Assembly (NCBI GenBank): GCA_037447605.1
Contig: CM074804.1
Span: 2,418,001 to 2,482,000 of the forward strand
DNA from: Zygnema circumcarinatum SAG 698-1b
Lineage: Eukaryota; Plantae; Zygnematophyceae
Direction of reading: 5' to 3'
DNA length: 64,000 bases
In this document: positions 10,801 to 20,487 of the stretch, piece by piece
How the letters are laid out: each line of letters starts with the position of its first letter
Position numbering within the stretch: the first letter of the stretch is position 1
Position numbers and translations under genes: made by a program
Notes under the pieces: model-generated
Database searches by the model: none
The model's input: only the letters and a program-made list of their open reading frames with translations
What the model was told of the DNA's origin: nothing

Positions 10801-12822
10801 TGCTGCTGCAAATATTTCCATGTAAACAGTTAAGATATTTCAGAATGAGAAGTGACTGATGGCGGCACTCTTTTCTATAGATTTCTTCACACATAAGTTG
10901 GCTGAAGCATGAAAACAAGCTTTTTTCTTCCCTCAAACGATGACACCCTTTCTGACAGTAGTCCTTCCACCCTGTTCCTTTCTCTTGCATCGGTCTCTCT
11001 CTCTTTCGCTCTCCCAACTTCCTCCATGTCCTATCTTCTCCCTCTTTCTCTTCTCCCGCCTCCCTTTCCTCCCTCTCCCTATCCCCTCCCCCTCCCCCTC
11101 TCCCTCCCTNNNNNNNNNNCCTCCTGCAGCGCAACACCCTGAACCCTGTGTGGAACGAGACCTTCTCCCTCATAGTGGAGGACCTGGCCAGTCAGCGCCT
11201 CGTCGTGTCCATCATGGACGAGGAGGAGCTCCAGCAGTCCCGCCTCATGGGCCAGGCCGCGCTCCCATTGGCCGACCTCGAGGCGGGCCGGACCCGCGCG
11301 CTCTGGCTCCCCCTCGTAAAGGACGTCGACGACCCCAAGGCGGATCTGAAACCACGAGGACAAGTACACGTGGAGGTCATGTATAGGCCGCTCGACGAGG
11401 ACGGGAAACCACTAGGAGTGGCGCCTGCAGGGTTCTCGCGGACGGCGCTGGAGAGAGAGATGGGCGTGCCCGCGGTCGTGCAGAGCGCGCCGAGGGCGAA
11501 GGAGAGGTATCAGAGGGGCGTGCTGGTGGTGGTAGTGCACAGGGGGGAGGACCTCGTGGGGAAGGACTACAATGGGTTCAGCGACCCGTTTGTGTTGTTG
11601 CAGGTGAGGGAGGGAGAGGGGGAGGGGGAGAGGGGGAGGGGGAGGGGGGGAGGGGGAGGGAGGGAGGGGAGGGGGGGAGGGGGAGGGGGAGGGGGAGGGG
11701 GAGGGGGGGAAGGGGAGAGGGGAGGGGAGGGGGAGGGGGAGGGAGAGGGGAGGGGGAGAGGGGGAGGGGGAGGGAGGGGAGGGGGGGAGGGGGGGAGGGG
11801 GAGGGGGAGGGGGAGGGGGGGGAAGGGGAGAGGGGAGGGGGAGGGGGAGGGGGAGGGGGAGGGGGAGGGGGAGGGGGAGGGGGAGGGGGAGGGGGAGGGG
11901 AGGGGGAGGGAGGGGAGGGGGGGAGGGGGAGGGGGGGAAGGGGAGAGAGAGAGGTTTAGGAGAAAGGAGAGGGCAGAGTGAGGAGAAAATAAGTGAAGGA
12001 GAGGAAAGGAGAGTGAGGAGAGAAGAGGGAAGGCTAGAGCTCATAGAACTTTATCAGATTTTCTAACTTTGATTTTTCCGGACGCTTTAGAAGTTGCGCT
12101 TTTTCAATGTTTGGCAGAGCTGTACTTTTTGCTGTTTTAGAAACTTTCAGTAGTCCTCTAATTTGCTCACATCTGACGGATGGGCAGATGCAAATGGGGT
12201 CGGCCCGCAAAAGGACAAAGGTGACGCTCTTTTTAAAGTCACTCCTAAACTTGGAGCACCTTAATGTTCCAAGTTGTTTTGAATGACTCAAGTGACTAGC
12301 TTTCAGTCACGACAATACTTGCTTTTGAAAAGAAATCGGAACGTAACAACCTGAAGGGCCCCTGATAACCCCGAAAACCCTGAAAATTCATCCGTGCTTG
12401 CCCGCCCTTGGTCAGGTTATCTCAAGAAGCCTCAACCCCATTTGGAATGAAACGTTCGAATTTTTAGTGGAGGATGCGACGCATGACATGCTGCAAGTGG
12501 AGGTTTGGGATCACGACATTTTCGGAAAGGTGAGAGCGCCATCTCAAGGTCCCCCTTTCATCGCAGGGCGTTATCAAAAAGATCAGCCGTATCTAACACC
12601 CCCTCTCTCTCCCTCTCCCTCTCCCTCTCCCTCTCCCTCTCCCTCTCCCTCTCCCTCTCCCTCTCCTCTCTCACCGACACACGAATTCAGCAAGCGATGG
12701 GGAGATTGTCGATGACTTTGACGCGTGCGATGTTCGAGCGCGAATTCAGCGAAGAGTTTCAGCTGTCGGATGTGAAGACGGGGAAGCTCTTTCTCACTCT
12801 CAAATGGCAGTCCCTCAATTAG
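7890..12822 (+). CDS. SYT5: Synaptotagmin SYT4/SYT5-type (TM-SMP-C2A-C2B), 13 exons
   Basis: N-terminal TM MGFLSNIVVGFFTG; SMP VNWLN..IWPYLN/KLTLGTISPQF/FRIAFTPLVDKLPCFGAI; WPMRHVIPVVPGDY; C2A GKSDPF..LNPVWNETFSLIVED; C2B DYNGFSDPFV..LNPIWNETFEFLVED. Exons at about 7890-7994, 8290-8395, 8915-8965, 9216-9338, 9559-9679, 9846-9947, 10092-10158, 10331-10410, 10627-10778, 11130-11603, 12187-12220, 12416-12529, 12691-12822. Confidence 0.93.
8490..8750 (+). repeat. (GAGGGG)n / (GAGGGGG)n G-rich intronic array (SYT intron 2)
   Basis: Near-pure G4-5 runs separated by A or AG on the sense strand. Confidence 0.9.
11604..11945 (+). repeat. (GAGGGG)n G-rich intronic array (SYT intron 10)
   Basis: Begins immediately after the donor CAG|GTGAGG. 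Same unit as the intron 2 array. Confidence 0.9.
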
Positions 12823-13512
12823 GGTTTGAGGGGCTCTCCTTTCCCACAATAAACGTAGGGACAATAAATGTCATATGAATATTACGACAAATTTCCCGCC
12901 ATGTTGTGTTGTTATTAGTTTCCTCAGGCTGTCATCATCGGCAACAATTGAGGGTTTACAAGGTTTTAGGGCTTTTCGGGTTTCAGAGTTTAGGGTTTGG
13001 TAGAATATCAATGTTGTATATTCTAAGATTTTAGAGTTTCTAGATGTTTTTATCGTAGTTTAAGTTTAATGTGTCGGCACGGGTGTTGTCTATGAGCGGA
13101 CGGTTCCATGGAAGGACCAATGCGGCCGTTTAACGATCCCAGGAAAACTTGTGTACCTGCAAGGGCAGCTCTTGCTGGCGGATGTTGTTGAATGGCGATC
13201 TTGTCATTTAAGTGCAGTGCATGCTTTCACTTGGATGATAGAAAGCAAATGCCAAATGAAAAATTATAGTAGTACAGTGCATAATTGTTGGAGAGGTCAA
13301 GCTTTTTTGTCAGGAACAATTGACCAACCCTGGGTTTAGTTTACAACGTGTGGTTGATGGGTTGCAACTAATGGTTTAGGGTTTCACACCCATGGTTTGT
13401 GCTTGGTAACCAATGATTGGCAGTTGGTAACCCTGGGTTTGTCGTTGCTCACCGCTCGTTCATGGTTGCCAACCATTGGCAACCAATGTCGTTGCCCATT
13501 TTCAAATGGTTG

Positions 13513-13582
13513 GTACGAATGGCGCCTGATCGTACGAATTTGAAAAGTGTACGAAATGTACCATGAATTGTACGGTTCGTAC
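13513..13582. promoter_or_regulatory. Cluster of six GTAC cores upstream of DRP4 (candidate SBP/SPL7-CRR1 sites)
   Basis: GTAC at 13513, 13532, 13549, 13558, 13570 and 13579, about 180-250 bp before the ATG at 13765. The function is inferred. Confidence 0.5.
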
Positions 13583-13764
13583 ATCAGCGGACCGTTGCAG
13601 CGCTTCGCCCTTCGCTCTCCGAAGGCTCTCTTGGCCTCGCTCCCTCTCTCGCTGTCCCTCCCTCCCTCCCTCCCTCCCTCCCGTTCCTTCCCTGCGTTTC
13701 TCCTCCTCTTTCCTCTCTCGAAATATTTATTCTTTCTGAGACAATAAAAGAAAAATAAGAAAAT

Positions 13765-15897
13765 ATGACTCCCTTAAGAACTGCGAAAATGGGACGGAGG
13801 CTCGGGAACGGGTTGGCCTCTTCGCCTGCTTCGCCTGATCCAGAACCTCTATTAAAATCGCCGAGGCGGAGACGAAAATTGAAGAAAGGGCCTTCTATTT
13901 CGCCGCTTGGAGTGACGAAAAAAATCCAGAAGGAGGTGCAGAATCCCGGCAGCAGCAACAAAACCAGTACCCCAATTCTGCACACTTTTGTTGAGAAAAT
14001 TCGGCCCATGCTTGATGTCATTGATAAGCTGCGAGGCCTTGGAGTGGGAGAGGAGGGCATCCCTGTCCCTTCAATAGTAGTAGTGGGAGACCAATCCTGC
14101 GGAAAATCTTCAGTATTGGCGTCGCTTGCAGGCATTGACCTGCCCAGAGGGAAGGGAATTGTAACTAGAGTTCCCTTGATTTTACATTTAAAGAAGGCTT
14201 ATAGTGCGACAGAGGAGAGCATCACCATTCAGTATGTGAAGGGGGATAGTACTGTGCAGAGAGTTCTTTCCTCCGAAGATTTAATTGAAAGTGCCGTCTG
14301 TGAAGCGACGAACGACTTGGCGGGAGAAAGCGTGGGAATTTGTAATAAGCCCATCAATGTAATTGTTAGCAAATACGGCGCTCCGGATTTGACACTCGTC
14401 GACCTTCCAGGAATCACAAGGGTGCCCGTAGCCGGTCAGCCGAGAGATATATACGACCAGGTTGCCAGCATGATAAGGAGCTACATTTCCCCGGAAGAAA
14501 GCGTGATTTTAAATGTTTTGTCTGCAGAAGTGGATTTTTCGACATGCGAATCGATCGCCATGTCGCAGAAGGTCGATCCGAAGGGAGAGAGAACGCTGGC
14601 GGTGGTGACGAAAATTGACAGAGCTCCCGAAGGCTTATATGAAAAAGTTATGGGAAATGCGGTGCATGTGGGGCTGGGGTATGTGTGTGTGAAGAACAGA
14701 ACTACGAACGTCTCATTCGAAGAAGCGAGGAGGAATGAGACGGAGTTTTTTAGCTCGCATGTGCAGCTTTCTTCGCTTCCTCGGTCGATGGTGGGGATTT
14801 CTTCGTTAGCGCAGCGATTGGCGGCGATTCAAGCCGAGAGAATAATGCAGTGCATGCCCAGGATTCAGCAGCAGATTAGGCAAGTTTTGTTCCATAGAGA
14901 GCAGGAGTTGAAAATGCTGCCGCAGGGGATGAATTCGGATGCGGAAGCTTTTGCAATTTTTCACCAGCTCGTTACCAAGAGGCGTCAAAAAATGGAAGGT
15001 CTGATATCTGGGAACTATGCAGGATGTGCCACTAAAGATCACCATTTTGCAGCTCGTCTCGATGAGTCCTTCACCAGCATAGCATTGCAGATGATGGGGA
15101 ATGGATCCAAGTTCCTTTCTGCGGAGTATCACGCCGTTTGTTTAAGGGCTATGAATGAAAGTAAAGGAGTTTCTCTACCCAATATCCTGTCTCCCACTGT
15201 AATTCAGGAGCTCATTAATTGTGAGGTGGATAAGCTGGCTCCTTTCGCCTCCTCTTGTGTGGAGGCAAGTTTTAGGTATGCTCAGGATGTGGCTTTAGAT
15301 GTAGTGAAGCAGGTGGCAGAAGGATACCCTAAACTGATGCAGCTCTTCAGTCATGCGACGACTTCTTCGATCGAATCAGCCAAAGATCGATGCACGCTTT
15401 TCGCGGATAGAATTATTAAGAAGGAGAAGAGTGGGGTTTATACCAACAACCATTATTACATGGATACGGTGAATAAGATACGAAAACAGATAGAAGAAAC
15501 GAGGAACACTCCTTGGCCGCCTCCACCTCCTGGGATGTTTCTTAAGGCAGGGGAAGTTCCTCAGAGGATGGCGATGGTGAATGATTTGGAGCCCATTCCT
15601 TTGACACATTTGGTTAGTAATGCGGATCAGGCGGCCCGCGATATGCAGATTAATCTTTTTGCTTATTGGAAGGTGGTGGTCAAAAGAGTGGCTGATGTGA
15701 TTCCTATGGAGATTAAGTTTGCTTTGAAAGAAAGTTTGTTGGACGAGATTGATAGCTTTCTGTTTTCGAAGTCGTTGGGCCGGACAAAGGAGCTGATGCA
15801 GGAGGAGCCCGTTGTGAAGCAGAAGCGGGTGCGGCTTGAGAGGAGCATTGCAGTGCTGAAGGAGGGGAGTGAGCATGTGGGACAGCTATGCTTTTGA
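13765..15897 (+). CDS. DRP4: Mx-like dynamin-related GTPase (plant DRP4 class), 710 aa, single exon
   Basis: G1 VVVGDQSCGKSS, G2 TRVP, G3 LTLVDLPGITR, G4 TKID, followed by a middle domain and a GED (AYWKVVVKRVAD..R.RLERSI). No PH or PRD domain. Uninterrupted ORF. Confidence 0.93.
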   Translation: MTPLRTAKMGRRLGNGLASSPASPDPEPLLKSPRRRRKLKKGPSISPLGVTKKIQKEVQNPGSSNKTSTPILHTFVEKIRPMLDVIDKLRGLGVGEEGIPVPSIVVVGDQSCGKSSVLASLAGIDLPRGKGIVTRVPLILHLKKAYSATEESITIQYVKGDSTVQRVLSSEDLIESAVCEATNDLAGESVGICNKPINVIVSKYGAPDLTLVDLPGITRVPVAGQPRDIYDQVASMIRSYISPEESVILNVLSAEVDFSTCESIAMSQKVDPKGERTLAVVTKIDRAPEGLYEKVMGNAVHVGLGYVCVKNRTTNVSFEEARRNETEFFSSHVQLSSLPRSMVGISSLAQRLAAIQAERIMQCMPRIQQQIRQVLFHREQELKMLPQGMNSDAEAFAIFHQLVTKRRQKMEGLISGNYAGCATKDHHFAARLDESFTSIALQMMGNGSKFLSAEYHAVCLRAMNESKGVSLPNILSPTVIQELINCEVDKLAPFASSCVEASFRYAQDVALDVVKQVAEGYPKLMQLFSHATTSSIESAKDRCTLFADRIIKKEKSGVYTNNHYYMDTVNKIRKQIEETRNTPWPPPPPGMFLKAGEVPQRMAMVNDLEPIPLTHLVSNADQAARDMQINLFAYWKVVVKRVADVIPMEIKFALKESLLDEIDSFLFSKSLGRTKELMQEEPVVKQKRVRLERSIAVLKEGSEHVGQLCF

Positions 15898-17175
15898 CGG
15901 GAGGAGAGAAAGGAGATTGTGGGGATGAGTGGGGAAGGGAGGAGGGAAAAGGAAATGCGGAAATGGGAGGGGAGAGACGAAGAGGGAGTGAAGGGAGAGG
16001 GCGAAGGAGAGAAGACGGAGGGGAGCGGGTAGCAGAGCAGGAAGAAGTCAGAAGTGGAGGTAACAGGCAAAGGCGATGTAGGGAGGGGTGAGAGAAACGA
16101 GCGAAAAGAGGAGAGAGAAGCATAGGGAGCGTCTTAATTTTGATTGGTAGGAATTTCTTGACGAGACCTTCGAGGGTCCTTCAGATCATGCCCTCTATGA
16201 TCGTCCGTGTGTCCAGCGCGAAGTAGACGAAGTTGTTACATTAGGGTTCGGGCCATGATAAGGATGCAGACATCGATCTCCTATTTGTAGCTTGTGGTCG
16301 GCCATCCTTTCAGAAATATGAGAATTGTAGACTACGGTCCCTGGCCGGGAGAGTTCAGAAAGTCAGGATTGTCTAGCTGCTATATCTCGAAAAGGAAGTG
16401 AGGGGAGGGTCAGGAACTTATGTGACTCGAATGTGAACCTTTCCGGTTCTTGTTTTCGTGCTTTTAGATCAATCAATAATTTGATTCAACAAAAGATTTA
16501 TTACAAAGTTAGAATTCCAAGTAAGATTGTACTGGTAGCTGTGGCTGGCTGACTGCCACTTCGTTTCCGTCCCTCTGCCTCGCCCCCTCCCTCCCCTACC
16601 TCCCACACACTCCTCTCCCATCTCCCCCTCCTTTCCCACGATCCACACTCTCTCTCGTCCCCTCTGTCTCTCCTTCTCCCTCTCTTCCTATCCCCTTCTC
16701 CAACTCTATCTCACACCCCCTCACCCCCAACCCCACCTCACCACTGCCTACCTCTCCCTCCCGATCCACAATACAGGAAACCCTTACTGGAGCACTACTA
16801 ACACACACTGCAAACCCTGCCCCAAGCAGACAGCTTTCAAACCACGAAAAAAATGCTTGAAATTAGAAATCAAAGGAAGGAGCAAAAAAATCTAAATCGT
16901 GTACACCTTCAAAGAAGCTAGAGTCAGGATGTACGGATGTACGGTCTACCGAGATGCGGAGCTTTGCCAAGAAACATCTTCCTTGCACCGCTCGTACCCT
17001 AACCCTAACCCGCACCCTACAATTACAGGGAACATAGCACCGCCTGTAGTAGAGAGCAATTAGGGTTTTGTCCCCTCTCTCTCCCCCCTCCCACCGCTTC
17101 TCAATAAACCCTAATCTGACACCAAAATTACCTGCCTTCTGAGCAAACCTTTTAGGCCCAACAACACACCAAGCC

Positions 17176-19318
17176 CTAAGCGACAGGAGGGTGCCTGACG
17201 TGATCCTTTGAGGTGTCAAGGCTTGAAGGAGGCAGCCAATGCCACATTGCCATTCCCGGATATGTCGGAACAGGGGCTGAAGGCTTAAGAGGGGGAGGGT
17301 TCCCTCCTGCTTGAGCAGCGAATGCTGCTGCTGCAGCTTGCATTGCTGCAGGATGGGGCATGTAGCCAGGAGGGAGGGCCATGGCCTTCACCTGCTGCTC
17401 CAGGCGTTCCTTCTCACTCTTAAGCCTCGCCTTCTCATCTCGGAGTTCGTTCTTTTCACCCTGCGAGAGAGGAGATAGGGAGAGAACCGTCAGGACGGGG
17501 AGGTGGAGAGGGATGCTTAAGGAGGGCTGCTCTGGTGGTGCTGTAGAGTCTCGGGAAACTCTAAAGTTGGACATGTGTCCTGCTACATTGGTAAGTTAAC
17601 GAGATGCAAAAGGAGGGCGAACCTCACAAGGAACCTAAGACCTAAGCCTTCACGAACTCTGAAAGAAGGGATAACAATCAAACGGAAAATCATCCAACAA
17701 GACTTCGTCAATCAAAGTGGAGAAACCGCATACCTCCACAGGAAAATAACAAAACAAAAAAAAAGAAAGAGTAACTCCGCAATTACCTTCAGCTCCTTGA
17801 CCTGCTCCCGGAGCTGCTGATTTCCCTCCTTCAACTGAGCAGCTTCCGCCCGCAGTTGCCCCAAAACCCTAACTGCATCACACAGAATGGTCGCTTTGTC
17901 TGACTTGGGGGGCCTGCCAGGCTCCAAGGCTTGACTTAGCTCAACAAACCTGTGCAACACGCGAACTGACAGGGCGTTAGATCGATAGGCGAAGAGCAGT
18001 AAGAATGAAATTCTGGGAACGCATGCCTGACAGCAAAGCAGAGACACTACCAAGAGTTACAAGGTTAGCGGCAGAAAGTACTAAAGAAGGTCAGTCTAAC
18101 CTTGATACATTCAACCAGGAGGAGCAACAGACTGCCCGATGCAGCTTGTAAGTCAAGCTGAGAGAGTGTAGAAGAAAGAAAAGAGAGTCGAGAGGGTGCG
18201 GAGACGGGATAGGGAGAAGGGAGAGCGAAAATGTGAAGGCAAGTGTGGGAGGGTAATAGTGTGAGACGCGGGAAAGTGGAGAGGAAGTGAGAAAGCCGAG
18301 GATTCAGGCAACGAAGAGAGAGGGGAGAGCGGCGAGGAGTGAAAGACAGACTGCCCACCTGTCGTTAAGGCGATCACGACGCAACTTTTCCCGATTGGCC
18401 TTATTACCTGACACGGCCACATCCTCGCGCGTTCTGCGACATCACAAGTTAAAAAAATAGACATTATCGCAAGCATCTTCAAGTCACCCTTCTTCAACCG
18501 CATATCTCTCTGTACAGTCTTCGGTCACTGCAGTATGTAAAACGAAACATCTAAACTTGCAATGGTTTGGAGACATCAAACTGCAGTGATGCACAGCATC
18601 CCTTCAAAGCTATACTCAGATTAAGGTTCCGGACAACAATCTATTCGTTTCCTCTTTCCTTGATATAACGATACAGTATTCAAACCCTCTAGCCGGAGAA
18701 GGTTACAGGCAGTCAAGTCTTGAACCATCAAACCCTAAAAAAAAAAAAAGCTGTCAACGACCTCTAACATTTTCAGACTACCTGCAAAGATCTGCTTCAT
18801 CTCCCACTGACCTATCTACCACTCCTGCCACAGCCCTACCAGTCTCTCCCTACACTCCCTTCCATAGCTCTTCGACCCCAAAGGAATACGACCCCAAACA
18901 TTCCTTCCTCCAGAAGTAAGAAAAATATACCTCTTGCGGGGCGCTGATCCCGCCTCGGAATCCTTCTCTCCGCCTTCATCTGTTTCCTCCGCCTTCATGC
19001 CATCCCCTTCCCCACTGCAAAGAAAGAACCAAGGAAACAAAAACAGCAAATAAATAATAAGGAAGTACTGCAATTCTAAGGAGGCTCCCTACAGCAGCTG
19101 TGACGCTTAAAGCACGGCAGGTCCCTGCCCAACATCCCTCGAATCCCTTGAATAGGAGAGAGGTCAAGCCTACTGAACCTGCATTTGGTCTGCTCCAGCG
19201 CCTGCTGATTGTACCAAAAGAAGGGCCCTCCAGCGGCCGGCTCATCCACGTCCAGCAAAACGTTATCTGAAAGGAACGACATCCACTTGCTCGCAGACGG
19301 AGAGTTCACACTAACCAT
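17176..19318 (-). CDS. ILR3: bHLH-leucine zipper transcription factor, subgroup IVc (ILR3/bHLH105-115-like); 5 exons (19318-19179, 19014-18931, 18433-18359, 17949-17787, 17460-17176)
   Basis: Basic region KANREKLRRDRLNDRF, HLH PGRPPKSDKATILCDAVRVL, zipper ELKGEKNELRDEKARLKSEKERLEQQ, and C-terminus MWHWLPPSSLDTSKDHVRHPPVA*. Confidence 0.9.
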
Positions 19319-19380
19319 GGCACATCGAAAAATCTAAGGGATAAAAAAACAGGCCAGCTCGCGGAGCGCAAGGAGTGCTC

Positions 19381-19475
19381 AAACCCTGACCCTAACCCTA
19401 ACCCTAACCCTAATCCCAATCCCAATTCCAATCCCTAACCTTAGCCCTAGACCTAACCCTAATCCTACACCGAAT
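19381..19475. repeat. Telomere-like (CCCTAA)n and variants (telo-box-like) in the bHLH 5' region
   Basis: aaaccctgaccctaaccctaaccctaaccctaatcccaatccc..., 60-160 bp upstream of the minus-strand ATG. Confidence 0.75.
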
Positions 19476-20075
19476 TAGGGCTAGCTTTTTCCACTCCAAA
19501 AAAACAAAATAGCGCCAAGAAAAATGCCTCAAAGAGGTTGCACGCCTTCCTCCGTCCCCTCGACTGTCTTGTTGCTATTTCTTAGCGCGGGCAGCGCAGC
19601 GCCACACCCTCTCCGCCGCGCGGAGCTCCGGCCATGGCGCCCGCGCAGAGGGCGGGCTGCCGTGTTATCCTCGGCGCCACGTGGCGCCCTCAGAGAGGAG
19701 GGAGGGCCAGCCAGCCGACCAGCTAGCGGGATCCAATGTGTCACGTCACGTCGTTTCAAGTCGCTTCAAATCTCCAGAATCCGTCGACTGCGGTCACCGG
19801 CGGTTGGTGGTTTATCTACTGCTGAAAGTACAGTACAGTAAACACAAAATTCAGGATCGGTCACGTCAGCATAGGTGACGTGGACAAATCCGATTAGGTT
19901 AGAGCGAATCTGTATGATTCGTTGAAGTAGTTTTGGAGTTTTTATTGAATTTTCGTGATTTTTCCTCTCGCGATGTTGAACTGGATGCGGCCTCCGTTGC
20001 AACGGAACAAAAGATCTATGATCCAACGAGGCAGCTCACAGTTTGCTCCACCTGTCCTTTGTTTGCCACAAATCA

Positions 20076-20172
20076 GAAACCAAAAACCAAAAAACCAGAA
20101 ACCAAAAACCAAAAGCCAGAAACCAGAAACCAGAAACCAGAAACCAAAACAAGAACCAAAAAAGAAAAAAAA
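20076..20172. repeat. 7-bp (AGAAACC/AAAAACC)n tandem repeat
   Basis: agaaaccaaaaaccaaaaaaccagaaaccaaaaaccaaaagccagaaaccagaaaccagaaaccagaaacc, lying between the ICME 3' end and the bHLH promoter. Confidence 0.85.
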
Positions 20173-20487
20173 AGTAAAATTCGACACTTGGCAGCCCGTC
20201 ATTGGACATGATTTTCACAATGAAAGACTTCCACCCATGGGAAACTTGTTTGCACTTTTACTTTATTTCTCGCCAACTCGACGGCGAACAATTTGAAGCA
20301 AAGTTTATATGTACATAGAATCGTTCGTTTCTTCCAAATGGCTGCCAAATTACCACATATAACCTGCTAACCAAAGGAACGAATAAGAATGGTATAGGGT
20401 AAAACTCTCTCCCGAGCTTCCCACCCTAATGCCCGCAAACAATTCCCCCCCACCCCCCCCTCCCCATCATTCCCTTCAAAAGCATCT

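Noticed and set aside
19381-19475. Telomere-type repeats as a true chromosome end or fusion point
   Set aside because: Short, degenerate and surrounded by ordinary genes. No head-to-head perfect arrays.
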